64,000 nucleotides of DNA, taken from assembly GCA_963702435.1 (NCBI GenBank), contig CAVPCR010000005.1, forward strand, positions 256,001 to 320,000. The letters run 5' to 3'. Origin of the DNA: Candidatus Eiseniibacteriota bacterium. GTDB taxonomy: Bacteria > Eisenbacteria > RBG-16-71-46 > CAVPCR01. Positions 10,209 to 20,915 of this stretch are shown one piece after another. Every line of letters starts with the position of its first letter. The stretch's first letter is position 1. The notes under the pieces were generated by a model, which saw only the letters and a list, made by a program, of their open reading frames with translations, was not told the origin of the DNA and searched no databases. A program made the position numbers and the translations under genes.

Positions 10209-11239
10209 CTTGTCCCCGCATTCTCATCGCCAACTTCCGCTGGTTCGGCGGATTCGGCGCGGCGCTCAGCGCCGCCCTCCGTGCCGAAGGGGCGCTGGTC
10301 GACGATCACATCTGCCGGAACTACGAAGGGCTCCAGCTCCGGCGCCTCATCGAGAACGCGGCCCGCCGCGGCTGGCCGGGAGTGAGCTCCTTCCTCCGCG
10401 CACAGCTCGCGCGCGACTTCGCGGCACGGCAGCGCGCGCTCGTCCGCCGCGCCCGCGCCTCGCGGCCGGACATCCTTCTCGTCGTCGACGAGGATCAGGT
10501 GACGGCGGAGACGCTCGATCGCGTGCACGCGGCGAGCGGCGCGATGCGCGCCCTGTGGATCGCCGACGATCCGTGGTCGAAGGAGCACCTGCCGGCGGCC
10601 CTTGCCGCGTACGACCTGCTCTTCGTGTTCGATCGTCACTATCTCGACGCGATCCGCGCCGCCACCCGCGCCGAGGTCCACTATCTGCCGCTCGCGGGCG
10701 ACGACACCGTCTTCCACCCGCCGTCGCATCCGCTCCCGCAGAGCGAGCGCTTCGGCGCGGTGCACATCGGCTCGCGCTATCCCGAGCGCGAGCGGCTCCT
10801 CGCCGTCGCCGCCGCCGCCCTCCCCGATCTCGAGATCCACGGCTGGGCGCCCCGCGATCTTCCCGTTTCACTCGCCCCGGCCGTCCGCGGCGGGCGCATC
10901 TCGCGCCGGCACGCCGGCGCGATCTACGGGCGGGCGTGGGTCGTGCTCTCCCTCCATCACCAGCAGGTGCGGCGGGCGCCGACCCGGGTCTTCGACCCCG
11001 CCCTCGCCGGCGCCTTCCAGATCACCGAGGCGCACCCCGACCTCGCCGAGCTCCTCGTCCCCGACCGGGAGATCGTGACCTTCGCGAGCGACGACGAGCT
11101 CCGCGCTAAGCTCGCGCACTACCGCGAGCAACCGGCGGAGCGGGAGCGCATCGCGGCCGCCGGATGCGCCCGCGTCCGCGCCGAGCACACCTTTCGCCAT
11201 CGCGCGCGCACGATCCTCGACCGGGCAGGGGGCCGATGA
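10205..11239 (+). CDS. CgeB-family glycosyltransferase
   Basis: WIADDPW, HYLPLA, RVFD...GAFQIT, ERERIAAAGCARVRAEHTFRHR. Confidence 0.85.
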   Translation: MTCPRILIANFRWFGGFGAALSAALRAEGALVDDHICRNYEGLQLRRLIENAARRGWPGVSSFLRAQLARDFAARQRALVRRARASRPDILLVVDEDQVTAETLDRVHAASGAMRALWIADDPWSKEHLPAALAAYDLLFVFDRHYLDAIRAATRAEVHYLPLAGDDTVFHPPSHPLPQSERFGAVHIGSRYPERERLLAVAAAALPDLEIHGWAPRDLPVSLAPAVRGGRISRRHAGAIYGRAWVVLSLHHQQVRRAPTRVFDPALAGAFQITEAHPDLAELLVPDREIVTFASDDELRAKLAHYREQPAERERIAAAGCARVRAEHTFRHRARTILDRAGGR

Positions 11240-12102
11240 ACCTCCGCCGCGGCCTCGTCTACATGGTGCTCGCCGCGTTCTTCTTCTCGCTGATGGCCGC
11301 GCTCGTCAAGCTCGCCTGCCGCCGCCTGCCGCCGATGGAGGTGGTCCTCGCGCGGAGCCTCCTCTCGGCCGCGCTCTCGCTCATCCTGGCGATCCGCGCC
11401 GGCGCCCCGCTTCTCGGCCGGCGGCGCGGACTCCTCGTCGCCCGCGGCCTCGTCGGCTCGACCGCGCTCGCCCTCTACTTCTACGCGCTCGCGCACATGC
11501 GGCTCGCCGACGCAGTGACGCTCCAGTACACCAATCCGATCCTGCTCGCGCTCTTCGCGCCCGTCTTCCTCAAGGAGCCGACCGGACGGCGGATCTGGCT
11601 CGCCGTCGCGATCGCCTTCGCCGGCATGCTCCTCATCGTCAAGCCGGGCGGCGCGATGAGCCTCTGGCCCGGCCTCGCCGCGGCGGGGAGCGCCATCGGC
11701 GCCGCCGCCGCCTACGCGCTCGTGCGCGTGCTCTCGGCGACCGAGCACCCGCTCACGATCGTGGTCTACTTCCCGTTCATCTCGGCCCTCGTCGCGCTGC
11801 CCTTCGTGCTCGCCGATTTCGTGCGGCCGGAGGGCTGGGAGTGGGCGGCGCTCGCCGGCGTCGCGGTGACGACGACCATCGCGCAGGTGTGCCTGACCTG
11901 GGGACTCAAGCTCGAGGCGGCGGCGCGCGCGACGAGCGTGTCGTACTGGGCGATCCTCTTCGGGGCGCTTCTCGGCTGGGCAGGGTTCGGCGAGACGCCG
12001 GACGCGTTCGCCATCCTCGGCGGAGCGCTCATCGTCGCCGCCACCGCGCTCATCGCCCGCGCGAGCGGTGGCGGGCGACAGGACACCGCAGCTCAGCGAT
12101 AG
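11236..12102 (+). CDS. DMT/EamA family transporter
   Basis: 10 TM segments; LADAVTLQYTNP, FLKE, FGETP motifs. Confidence 0.9.
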   Translation: MNLRRGLVYMVLAAFFFSLMAALVKLACRRLPPMEVVLARSLLSAALSLILAIRAGAPLLGRRRGLLVARGLVGSTALALYFYALAHMRLADAVTLQYTNPILLALFAPVFLKEPTGRRIWLAVAIAFAGMLLIVKPGGAMSLWPGLAAAGSAIGAAAAYALVRVLSATEHPLTIVVYFPFISALVALPFVLADFVRPEGWEWAALAGVAVTTTIAQVCLTWGLKLEAAARATSVSYWAILFGALLGWAGFGETPDAFAILGGALIVAATALIARASGGGRQDTAAQR

Positions 12103-12596
12103 AGCTCGACCCGCGCCACGGCGATGTCGGCCGTGAACTCGCGCTTCGCGGCGACGATCCCGAGACGCTCGAGGCCGCGAGGAGCGAGCGGGATGGCGAG
12201 GCCTTGCGGCGTGAACGCGGCGAACGGCACGTCCACGGTCTGCCATCCGGCGGACACCGCGAGCGGGGCGCGGTAGTGCTGCCAGGGGAGCCCGGTGTCA
12301 CGCGTGCGCAGATGGAGGAAGTAGCTGTCTCCGAGCGCGCGGGCGACGATGCGGATGCCCGTGCAGGCGCTCGCGTCGAGAAACCCATGCGGCGCCAGTT
12401 CCGTCGCCGCCTGGATGAAGCCGCCGCGATTGGCGAGCGACACCTGGCCGCGGAGGCGGAGGCAGCGCCGGCCGTCGAGCGTCTCCCACGTCATCGCCGC
12501 GCTCGATACGCCGCCCATCACGCGATCGGTGAAGCAGCGCCACTCGGTGCCGAGCGCCGTGCGCCCGTCGTCGAGCGTGAAGTCGTCGATCAGCAT
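12093..12596 (-). CDS. CIA30 family protein
   Basis: WRCFTDRVMGGVS, GQVSLANRGGF, WQTVDVPF. Confidence 0.88.
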   Translation of the reverse strand: MLIDDFTLDDGRTALGTEWRCFTDRVMGGVSSAAMTWETLDGRRCLRLRGQVSLANRGGFIQAATELAPHGFLDASACTGIRIVARALGDSYFLHLRTRDTGLPWQHYRAPLAVSAGWQTVDVPFAAFTPQGLAIPLAPRGLERLGIVAAKREFTADIAVARVELYR

Positions 12597-13517
12597 TCAG
12601 TGACCCGCGCCGCCGGTCGATCCGGCCGGGCCGACGGTGAAGGCATCGGAGAACACGACGCCGCCGGCCGCCGCGCCGAGCGCGTTCACCCGCACTTCGA
12701 TTCGCTCGCCGGCGCCGAGCGCCTCCGGATCGACGAGGATCGTCACCGTGCCCGAGGGATCGAACGCCGAGCCGGCGATCCGCCGCCTGAGCTCGCCGCC
12801 GCCGGCGCGGCGGAGCACGAGCTCGTACTGCGTGTCGGCACGGGGCGGCACCGGCAGCTTGATGAAGAGCGCGAGCGGCGTGCCGCCGGCCAGGGTGACC
12901 GCCGGTGCCGGCGCGACCGCTTCGTGGTGGCCGAGGAGACGGAGCGGGGTCGCCACCGTGAGGTGCGGGGATTCGCGGTCGGCCAGCCAGCGGGGCACGA
13001 AGAAACCGATGATGGCAGCGGCGAGGACGAGCGCGGAGATCACCGGCCACGCGCTCCGGCCGAGGACCGCGGAGAGGAAGGTGGAGCGGCCCCGCCCGGT
13101 TGCCGGCGGGTCCTCGCGCACGGTCACGCCGCGCCGGAAGCGGAGGAAGGGGGCGAGCGGAATCGGCCGGCGGACCGTCACGCGGGGCTCCGGGCGCGGC
13201 CGCGCGGCGCGCTCCGCCGCCTCGCCGCAGCGCGGGCAACGCGCGATGTGCTCGGAGACGCGGCGGACGAGATCGGCACCCACGAGCTCCGGCGCGGCGA
13301 CGAAGGCGGCGAGGATCCCGCTCGGGATGTGCCGGCCGACCGGACCGGGCGCGGGCTCGGTCGAGTCCATCGCGGCGAGCTCCGCCTGGATCTCGGTGCG
13401 CCGCGTTGCGCACAGCGGACAGGCCGCGAGATGCTGGAGCACCGCTTCGCGGACCGCGGCCGGCAGCAAGCCCCGCTCGAGCCCGATCACGGACGCCGGT
13501 TTGGCGTGCACATCCAC
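12597..13517 (-). CDS. membrane protein with two zinc-finger (zf-HC2-like) motifs, anti-sigma-like
   Basis: HLAACPLC and HIARCPRC motifs, one TM segment, extracytoplasmic C-terminal domain. Confidence 0.65.
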   Translation of the reverse strand: MDVHAKPASVIGLERGLLPAAVREAVLQHLAACPLCATRRTEIQAELAAMDSTEPAPGPVGRHIPSGILAAFVAAPELVGADLVRRVSEHIARCPRCGEAAERAARPRPEPRVTVRRPIPLAPFLRFRRGVTVREDPPATGRGRSTFLSAVLGRSAWPVISALVLAAAIIGFFVPRWLADRESPHLTVATPLRLLGHHEAVAPAPAVTLAGGTPLALFIKLPVPPRADTQYELVLRRAGGGELRRRIAGSAFDPSGTVTILVDPEALGAGERIEVRVNALGAAAGGVVFSDAFTVGPAGSTGGAGH

Positions 13518-13586
13518 GCGCCGTTACCTCCGTGGAGACGATCCCGCGAGCACTCTACCACGCACGGCCGGCCGGAACAGCACGCC

Positions 13587-14558
13587 CTACATCTCGCTCG
13601 TGATGACGACACGGAGCGGCTGGCGCGCGACGCGCACGCGTGCGGCGCGAAGGGGCTCACCCGCGGGCGCGACGGGGACGAACGCCGCGCCGTGGCCGGC
13701 GGGCGCGGGCGCCACGCACTCGCCCGTGCGGAGCGTCCACGCGAGCGCGGCGCGGCTCGCGGTGTAGGCAGCGAGGACCCGCCCCGCGCGATCCTCGACG
13801 GTGGTCGCGATCGCTTCGCCGGCGCCCTCGAGATCGCTCGCGGCGAGGAACGCCGCACCGAGGTCGAGCTCGTCCCGGTGGATCACCCGGCTCAGGACCG
13901 GGCTCACGCCGAGCGCGGACAGGGCGCGGATGTGCGCGATCGTGCCGATGCCACCCGCTGCTTGCACGGGATGGCGGGTGCGGGCGGAGAAGCGCGCGAT
14001 CGCCTCGAGGTCGGGGCCGGCGGCGCTTCCCTCACGCTCGATCGCCGTCAGCACGAACTCCGAGCAGTATGGCTCGAGCTCCGCGAGCACGCCCTCGGCA
14101 CCGAGCTCCGTCGCGCGCGTCCAGGCGCCGGTCGTGATGAAGCCCGCCCGCGTATCGAGCGCGAAGACGACCGCAGTCGCTGGCACGCGGGAGCTGAGCG
14201 CCTCGAGGAAGGATCGATCGATCGCGCCGGCGGTGAAAGGGGCGCTCCCGAGGATCACCTTCCGCGCGCCGTAGCGGAGACGGCGGAGCGCCTCCTCCGG
14301 CGTGCGCACTCCACCCCCCACGTAGCACTCGTGGCGGCCACAAAGCTCCCGGATCAACGCGTCGTTCGTGCCGCCGGCTCGGGTGGCATCGAGCGCGGCA
14401 TCGAGATCGATGACGTTGAGGACGCCGTGCCGGGCGTACAACGCAGCGCGGGCTCGGGGATCGAGGTGCGCGAGCGGGCGGAGCTCGCCGGCCGCGAGCT
14501 CGGCGAGCGCACCGCCAAGGAGATCGATGGACGGATGAAGGATCGGCAGCTCGCTCAC
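13587..14558 (-). CDS. HisA/HisF-like TIM-barrel protein with degenerate HisI-like C-terminal segment
   Basis: PSIDLLGG, VIDLDAA, YVGGGVR, VILGS, TAIEREG, AAGGI; tail VEDRAGRVL...AALAWTLRTG resembles the HisI N-terminus. Confidence 0.75.
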   Translation of the reverse strand: MSELPILHPSIDLLGGALAELAAGELRPLAHLDPRARAALYARHGVLNVIDLDAALDATRAGGTNDALIRELCGRHECYVGGGVRTPEEALRRLRYGARKVILGSAPFTAGAIDRSFLEALSSRVPATAVVFALDTRAGFITTGAWTRATELGAEGVLAELEPYCSEFVLTAIEREGSAAGPDLEAIARFSARTRHPVQAAGGIGTIAHIRALSALGVSPVLSRVIHRDELDLGAAFLAASDLEGAGEAIATTVEDRAGRVLAAYTASRAALAWTLRTGECVAPAPAGHGAAFVPVAPAGEPLRAARVRVARQPLRVVITSEM

Positions 14559-15334
14559 GGGCGCGGACCCAGGATGAACGCGGCGACCGCCGCAGAGATC
14601 TCGGCGGTGATCTCCGCCTCGCTCCGCCCGGTCCGCTTCGGCACCTTGAACGAGTGATCGCCGTCCGCGATGACGAGGAGACGGTTCGGGGCCGCGAGTC
14701 CGGCCCGCACCGGGGCGAAGAGATCGAGCCGGCAGAGCGCGTCCCGCTCGCCCTGGATGAAGAGGATCGGACAGCGGATCCGGGCGAGGTGCGCGGCGCG
14801 GAGGCGCGAAGGCGCGCCCGCCGGATGCAACGGATAGCCGAGGAGAACGAGACCGGCGAGCTCGGCGGCGGGCGCCGCGTTGCCGGCCGCCGCGTTGCCG
14901 GGCGCCGCGTTGCCGGCCGCCGCCACGCCGGCCGCCGCGTTGCCGGCCGCAGCCACGCCGGCCGCCGCGAGGTGGCTCGCGATCCGCCCGCCCATCGACT
15001 TGCCTCCGGCGAAAAGCGGCCCCGGGCGGAGCTCCGGATGCGCGCCGAGCCACGCGAGCACGGCGCCGTAGGTCGCCTCGAGCTTCTTCTGCGCATCGGG
15101 CACGCCGCGCCCTTCCTCGCGGTACGGGAAGTTGAAGCGCACGACGAGGATCTCGGGCGCGAGCGCCCGCTCGAGGGCGATGAGAAGGGGCGTGTCGAGA
15201 TCACTGCCGGCGCCCGGCGCGAGAACGAGCGCCGGCGTCACGCCGGGACGGAAAGCGGCCGGCCGGTCCGCCGCCACCGTCACGCTGGTTTTCGCGTCAA
15301 TCCGCAGTGTTTCGCGAAGGGGCGGCGGGACCAT
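14555..15334 (-). CDS. alpha/beta hydrolase
   Basis: APGAG, RFNFPY, GGKSMGGR nucleophile elbow, GYPLHP, QGERD, GDHSF; low-complexity AAAGN insertion. Confidence 0.9.
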   Translation of the reverse strand: MVPPPLRETLRIDAKTSVTVAADRPAAFRPGVTPALVLAPGAGSDLDTPLLIALERALAPEILVVRFNFPYREEGRGVPDAQKKLEATYGAVLAWLGAHPELRPGPLFAGGKSMGGRIASHLAAAGVAAAGNAAAGVAAAGNAAPGNAAAGNAAPAAELAGLVLLGYPLHPAGAPSRLRAAHLARIRCPILFIQGERDALCRLDLFAPVRAGLAAPNRLLVIADGDHSFKVPKRTGRSEAEITAEISAAVAAFILGPRP

Positions 15335-15401
15335 CTCTCCTCCGAGGCTGCGGGCCTCACCGGCCCGGGGAACTCATTCCCATTACATGCTTTAGCCGGG
15401 C

Positions 15402-15431
15402 TTGACGTCGAGAGCTAGACATTCGTATAGT
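15402..15431 (+). promoter_or_regulatory. sigma70-type promoter (TTGACG-18-TATAGT), probably leaderless
   Basis: -35 at 15402-15407, -10 at 15426-15431, ATG 6 nt downstream with no SD sequence. Confidence 0.65.
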
Positions 15432-15437
15432 CTCCCC

Positions 15438-16478
15438 ATGGCCGCCCCGGTCCTCTTCCCCATCTCCCCGGTGCCGGACCGCCTCCGCGCGAAGCGCGAG
15501 GTCACCTACCACCGCCTCGCCTGCCGCTCGGTCCTCACCCGGAACCCGAACCCCGACTTCCCCTTCTACTGGGGCGTCAATCCGTACCGCGGCTGCGAGA
15601 TCGGCTGCACCTATTGCTACGCCCGCTACACCCACACGTTCATGGACCTCGACGATCCGCTCGACTTCGAGCGGAAGATCTTCGTCAAGGTGAACGCCCC
15701 GGAGGTGCTGGCGCGGACCGTGGATCCGGAGGATCTCCGCGGCCGGCCGGTCGCCATCGGCACTGCGACCGACCCCTATCAACCGGCCGAGCGGCGCTAC
15801 GGTATCACCCGCCGGCTGCTCTCGGCGCTCGCCCCTTGCCCGACCCTCGATCTCTCGATCACGACCAAGTCTGATCTGATCCTCCGCGATCTCGATCTCC
15901 TCGTCGCCATCGCGCGCACCCGCCGGCTCCGCGTCCACATGAGCTTGACGAGCATGGACGCGAGCCTCCTCCGGCGGATCGAGCCGGGAGCGCCGACGCC
16001 CGCGCGGCGGATCGCCACGGTCGCCGCACTCCGCGCCGCCGGCATCGCGGCCGACGTCTACGTGATGCCCATCCTGCCGCGCATCACCGGCGAGGGAGCC
16101 GATCTCGACCGCCTCTTCGCCGCCGCCCGCGCCGCCGGCGCCGGCCACGTCGCGGCGACCCTCCTCCACCTGCGCACGATTCCGCGCCGTCGCTTCTTTC
16201 CCTTCCTCGCCGCCGAGTTCCCGGAGCTCCTGGCGTGGTACCGCGCGGCGTATCGGCGCTCGGCGTTCCTCCGCGGTCCGCTGCGGGACGAGATCGTCGC
16301 CCGCGTGCGCCGGCTGCGCGCCCGCTACGGGATCACGAGCGCGGGGTGCAATGACGAACCGCGTTCGCCCGCCCGTGTGGCGGCCGACGACCAGCTCGCG
16401 TTCTCGTGGGCGCGCAGCGGGCCCGGCGCGGGGCGCCGCAGATCTAGCGCGGCGCCGCGGGCGGCGTGCCGGCGGTGA
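15438..16478 (+). CDS. radical SAM protein, Rv2578c/SPL-like
   Basis: NPYRGCEIGCTYCYAR, GTATDPYQPAE, ITTKS. Confidence 0.9.
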   Translation: MAAPVLFPISPVPDRLRAKREVTYHRLACRSVLTRNPNPDFPFYWGVNPYRGCEIGCTYCYARYTHTFMDLDDPLDFERKIFVKVNAPEVLARTVDPEDLRGRPVAIGTATDPYQPAERRYGITRRLLSALAPCPTLDLSITTKSDLILRDLDLLVAIARTRRLRVHMSLTSMDASLLRRIEPGAPTPARRIATVAALRAAGIAADVYVMPILPRITGEGADLDRLFAAARAAGAGHVAATLLHLRTIPRRRFFPFLAAEFPELLAWYRAAYRRSAFLRGPLRDEIVARVRRLRARYGITSAGCNDEPRSPARVAADDQLAFSWARSGPGAGRRRSSAAPRAACRR

Positions 16479-17445
16479 GCTCCCGGAAGCGCGCGTTCGC
16501 GCGGAGCGACTCGAAGTCCGGGTCGCCGGCCGCGCGCGGCGCGAGCGCCTGGTCGCGGGCGATCGCCTCGGCGAGGCGCGAGAGCGCCTCGTCGCTCCGC
16601 CCGGCCCGCGCCAGGTAGCACGCGCTGTGGTAGTAGCCCTCGCCGCTCGCCGGATCGAGGGCGATCGCCTCCGCGCCGCGCGCGATCGCCTCGTCGTAGC
16701 GCTTCTCCTCGACCAGGAGGTAGCCCTCGAGGATGAGCGCATTCGGGAGCCACATCGCGAAGAGCCGGCGAAGCTCGGCGATCGGGGTCGCGTGGTCGTC
16801 CACGCGCAGATCGCAGTAGCGATCGTTGAACCCGCCGTAGCCGCCCTGCGCGCGCACGATGAGGAGCGCAGCCGACTGCTGCCCCCGCGAATCGCCACCC
16901 GCTGCCTGGCCGGCTTCGAGCGCGGCGAGGAGCCGCCCGCCGAGGTGCCCTCGCGCCTCGAGGAGAGCATTCTCCATGGCGAGGACGACCGGCTCGCCGG
17001 CGAGGATGTTCCCCTGGACCGCGTAATCGGGGCCGCTCCGGTGTCCGGCCCAGGCCTGGCACTTGCGTCCCGTGGCCGCCGCCGAGCGCCCGGTCCCATC
17101 CACGATCCCGACCTGTCGCTGGTCGCGATCCGGATCGGAAGCGAGCAAGGAGTCGAGCACCGCGGCCGGAGCGAGGCCGCGCGCGAGGAGATCGAGAGCA
17201 CGCGGGCCATAGGTGGTGTTGGCGAAGGCCTGCGTCGCGACGGCGCCGACGCCGGCGCGCGCCCAGGGCACGACCGCGCCCACCGCGAAGAACTTGCTCT
17301 GGACCGCGATCCCCAGGTCGCCCGTCGCCGGATCGCGCGCCACGATCGAGAAGGTGGCGACCGGCTCGGCCGCTGCGGCCCCTGTCGAGCAGGCAACCTG
17401 GAGTACCAGCACGAGCAGCCCGCCGCCACGACGCAACCGCTTCAT
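16444..17445 (-). CDS. DUF1028 (Ntn-hydrolase-like) protein with C-terminal TPR
   Basis: Signal peptide then [40 protein letters not shown]-like tail. Confidence 0.88.
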   Translation of the reverse strand: MKRLRRGGGLLVLVLQVACSTGAAAAEPVATFSIVARDPATGDLGIAVQSKFFAVGAVVPWARAGVGAVATQAFANTTYGPRALDLLARGLAPAAVLDSLLASDPDRDQRQVGIVDGTGRSAAATGRKCQAWAGHRSGPDYAVQGNILAGEPVVLAMENALLEARGHLGGRLLAALEAGQAAGGDSRGQQSAALLIVRAQGGYGGFNDRYCDLRVDDHATPIAELRRLFAMWLPNALILEGYLLVEEKRYDEAIARGAEAIALDPASGEGYYHSACYLARAGRSDEALSRLAEAIARDQALAPRAAGDPDFESLRANARFRELTAGTPPAAPR

Positions 17446-19490
17446 GACGACGCCTCTCCTCCCCGCACCTCGCGCGCAAGAGCGATCACCCGCTCGACCG
17501 TGAAGCCGAACTGATCGGCGAGCGCCGCAGCGGGAGCCGAGGCGCCGAAGTGATCGATGCCGTGGACTGCGCCGCGCGGCCCGATCCAGCGCTCCCAGCC
17601 GAGGCGCGCTCCCGCCTCGACCGCGACGCGCGCGCCCACGGCCAGCGGGAGCACCGCCTCGCGATACGCGGCCGGCTGCGCGGCGAAGAGCTCCCACGAC
17701 GGGAAGCTCACCACCCGCGCGGCGACTCCCGCGGACTCGAGCTCCGCCGCGGCGGCGACGAGGAGATGCACTTCCGACCCCGATCCCATCAGGATGAGCT
17801 CGGGAGCGCCGCCCCGCGCTTCGCGGAGCACGTAGGCTCCGCGCTCGAGCACACCCTCCGGCGCCGCGCGCCCGCGATCGAGCACCGGCAGATCCTGCCG
17901 CGACAGGATGAACGCGACCGGGCCCCGGCCGGGACCGAGCGCGCACCGCCACGCGGCGACCGTCTCGACCGCATCGGCCGGCCGCAACACGGTGAGGTCG
18001 GGTATGACGCGGAGGCTCGTCAGCTGCTCGATCGGCTGGTGCGTCGGGCCGTCCTCGCCGACGAAGATCGAGTCATGCGTGAAGACGTAGACGACGCGGA
18101 GCCCCATCAGCGCGGCGAGCCGGATCGACGGCCGCATGTAGTCGGAGAAGACGAGAAAGGTGGATCCGAAGACGCGGAACCCGCCGTGCACGGCGAGCCC
18201 GTTCAGGATGCCGCCCATCGCGTGCTCGCGCACGCCGAAGTGGATGTTTCGTCCGCTCATGTTCGCGCGCGCCACCGAGCCGCCGCCCTCGATCAGGGTC
18301 TTGTTCGAGCTCGCGAGATCGGCCGAACCGCCGATCAGGTTCGGGATGCGCCGGGCGAGCGCCTGCAGCGCCTTGTGCGATGCGTTGCGGGTAGCCACGC
18401 CCTTCTCGCCGGGGGCGAACGCCGGCAGGTCCGCGTCCCAGTCGGCGGGCAGATCCCCCGCGTGCCAGCGGCTGAACTCGGCGGCCCGCCCCGCATCGGC
18501 AACGCCGTAGGCCGCGAAGCGATCGCACCACTCCGTGTAGGCCATTCCCCATTCCTTGCGCAGCTCATCGAACAGCTGCGTGACGAGGTCCGGCACCAGG
18601 AAACGCGCGTCCTCGGGCCAGTCGATGTTGAGCTTGGTGAGCTCCACTTCCCTGGCGCCGAGCGGGGCGCCATGGGCCGCGGCGGTGTCCTGCTTGTTGG
18701 GGCTCCCGTGCGCGATGTGGGTGCGCGCGATGATGAGCGACGGGCGATCGATCTCGGCGCGCGCCGCCTCGATCGCCGTGGCGATGGCGAGGAGGTCGTG
18801 CCCGTCGATCCGCTGCACGTGCCAGCCGTAGGCCTCGAAGCGCTTGCCGGTGTCCTCGCTCAGGCAGAGCTCGGTCGGACCGTCGATCGTGATCCGGTTG
18901 TCGTCGTAGAAGTAGATGAGCCGCCCGAGCCCGAGATGGCCGGCGAGGGAGGCCGCCTCGGCGGCGACCCCCTCCATGATGTCGCCGTCGGAGAGGATGG
19001 CGTACACGAAGTGATCGATGATCGTATGGCCCTCGACGTTGAATCGCGAAGCCAGCATCCGCTCGGCGAGCGCCATGCCGACCCCGTTGGCGAAGCCTTG
19101 CCCGAGCGGCCCGGTCGTCACCTCGACGCCCGGCGTGTGGCCGTACTCGGGATGTCCCGGCGTGCGGCTGCCGAGCTGGCGGAAGCGCTTGAGCTCGTCC
19201 AGGCTCACGTCGTAGCCCGAGAGATGGAGGAGCGCGTAGAGCAGCATCGAACCGTGCCCGGCCGAGAGCACGAAGCGATCGCGGTCGGCCCACCCGGGAT
19301 GCGCCGGATCGTGCTTCAGGAAGCGCGTGAAGAGCACGTAGGCGTACTCGGCCGCCCCCATCGGCATGCCGGGGTGACCCGACTGCGCCTGCTCGACCGC
19401 GTCCATCGCCAGGGTCTTGATCGTGTTGATGACCAGGCGGTCGAGACGCTCCTCTTCGGGATCGCGCGTAATGGCAGGTTGTGTGGCCAT
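17442..19490 (-). CDS. tkt: transketolase
   Basis: [56 protein letters not shown]. Confidence 0.98.
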   Translation of the reverse strand: MATQPAITRDPEEERLDRLVINTIKTLAMDAVEQAQSGHPGMPMGAAEYAYVLFTRFLKHDPAHPGWADRDRFVLSAGHGSMLLYALLHLSGYDVSLDELKRFRQLGSRTPGHPEYGHTPGVEVTTGPLGQGFANGVGMALAERMLASRFNVEGHTIIDHFVYAILSDGDIMEGVAAEAASLAGHLGLGRLIYFYDDNRITIDGPTELCLSEDTGKRFEAYGWHVQRIDGHDLLAIATAIEAARAEIDRPSLIIARTHIAHGSPNKQDTAAAHGAPLGAREVELTKLNIDWPEDARFLVPDLVTQLFDELRKEWGMAYTEWCDRFAAYGVADAGRAAEFSRWHAGDLPADWDADLPAFAPGEKGVATRNASHKALQALARRIPNLIGGSADLASSNKTLIEGGGSVARANMSGRNIHFGVREHAMGGILNGLAVHGGFRVFGSTFLVFSDYMRPSIRLAALMGLRVVYVFTHDSIFVGEDGPTHQPIEQLTSLRVIPDLTVLRPADAVETVAAWRCALGPGRGPVAFILSRQDLPVLDRGRAAPEGVLERGAYVLREARGGAPELILMGSGSEVHLLVAAAAELESAGVAARVVSFPSWELFAAQPAAYREAVLPLAVGARVAVEAGARLGWERWIGPRGAVHGIDHFGASAPAAALADQFGFTVERVIALAREVRGGEASS

Positions 19491-19784
19491 CTCGTCTCCG
19501 ACTGGGGTCGCGGTCCGCGTCGGGTCAGGGTGGGAGCGAGGCGGCGTCCGTGCCGCCGCCACGTGCGGGCGGGGTATCCTAGCACCTGCCCGCGGCGGGG
19601 CTCAAGGCAAGCGGGACCTCGCCGCAGCTCGAGAAACGGCGGCCTCGACCCCGGCCCCTCCGCCGCGCGGGCAGCGGGCCCCGCGCCCCTGCCGCCTTTC
19701 GGTTGCGCGCGACGGCACGCCGTCCTAGGCTTGACGCGAAGCGCACGGGCGCCGGTGCCCCAGGACTCCAACCCCGAAGCCATC

Positions 19785-20915
19785 ATGATCATGAAGCTCG
19801 AACCGGGACGGGACGGCCGGGAGCGGAAGGGCCGGGCGTCCGCGCAGTCGCCGCTCGGCACGCTCCTCGCCGCGCACGCGGTCCCCGGCGAGCTCTACGA
19901 ACCGATGGCGGGCCGTCCGGGCTGGGTCGGCTGCTACGCCTGCGGTCACCTCTGCCGCATCCCGCCCGGCCGCGATGGGATCTGCCGCGTGCGGACCAAC
20001 CGGGATGGCGTCCTCCACGTGCCTGACGGCTACGTCGCCGCGGTCGCCGTCGACCCGATCGAGAAGAAGCCCTTCTATCACGCGCTGCCCGGGAGCGCCG
20101 CGCTCTCCTTCGGCATGCTCGGCTGCGACTATCACTGCAGCTACTGCCAGAACTGGATCACCTCGCAGGCGCTCCGCGATCCGGACGCGATGGCATCCCC
20201 CGAGCCGATCACGGCCGAGAAGCTCGTCGAGCTCGCCGTCCGGCACGGCGCCCCGGTCATCACCTCCACGTACAACGAGCCGCTGATCACGAGCGAATGG
20301 GCGGTCAAGGTGCTCCGCCGGGCGAAGGAGCGGGGCCTCCTTGGCGCCTACGTCTCGAACGGCAACGCTACTCCGCGGGTCCTCGATTACCTGCGGCCGT
20401 GGGTGGATCTTTACAAGGTGGACCTGAAGGGGTTCGACGACCGGCGCTACCGCGAGCTCGGCGGCCTTCTCGCGACCGTCCTCGATACGATCGTCGGGCT
20501 CAAGGAACGCGGCTTCTGGGTCGAGGTGGTCACCCTGGTCGTCCCCGGCTTCAATGATTCGGAGGCGGAGCTCAACGGGATCGCCCGCTTCCTCGCCGGA
20601 GTGGATCGCGACATCCCGTGGCATGTGACCGCCTTCCACGAGAACTACAAGATGGCCGATCGCGGCGACACGACCATCCGCTCCCTCCTCGCCGCGGCCG
20701 AGATCGGCCGCGCCGCGGGGTTGCGCTACGTGTACGCCGGGAACCGGCCCGGCCTGGTCGGGAATCTCGAGAACACGACCTGCCCCGGCTGCGGAGTCCT
20801 CCTCATCGAGCGCTTTGGTTTCCACGTCAGCTCCAATCGCATCGCGGACGGACGCTGCCCCGACTGCCATACGTCGATCGCCGGGGTGTGGTCGCTCCCG
20901 AGACGGCAGGGATGA
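19785..20915 (+). CDS. AmmeMemoRadiSam system radical SAM enzyme
   Basis: CYACGHLC, DPIEKKPFYH, GCDYHCSYCQNW, TYNEP, C-terminal CPGC/CPDC; start approximate. Confidence 0.92.
   Translation: MIMKLEPGRDGRERKGRASAQSPLGTLLAAHAVPGELYEPMAGRPGWVGCYACGHLCRIPPGRDGICRVRTNRDGVLHVPDGYVAAVAVDPIEKKPFYHALPGSAALSFGMLGCDYHCSYCQNWITSQALRDPDAMASPEPITAEKLVELAVRHGAPVITSTYNEPLITSEWAVKVLRRAKERGLLGAYVSNGNATPRVLDYLRPWVDLYKVDLKGFDDRRYRELGGLLATVLDTIVGLKERGFWVEVVTLVVPGFNDSEAELNGIARFLAGVDRDIPWHVTAFHENYKMADRGDTTIRSLLAAAEIGRAAGLRYVYAGNRPGLVGNLENTTCPGCGVLLIERFGFHVSSNRIADGRCPDCHTSIAGVWSLPRRQG

Noticed and set aside
12594..12599. Selenocysteine readthrough fusing the anti-sigma-like and CIA30 ORFs (TGA followed by in-frame ATG)
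   Set aside because: No Cys-equivalent context or obvious SECIS; simple abutting genes are more parsimonious
11841..14657. Long antisense or alternate-frame ORFs (also 17550..19780 +, 37377..39896 +, 50137..52662 +)
   Set aside because: They are shadows of genuine opposite-strand genes, as expected with high-GC codon bias
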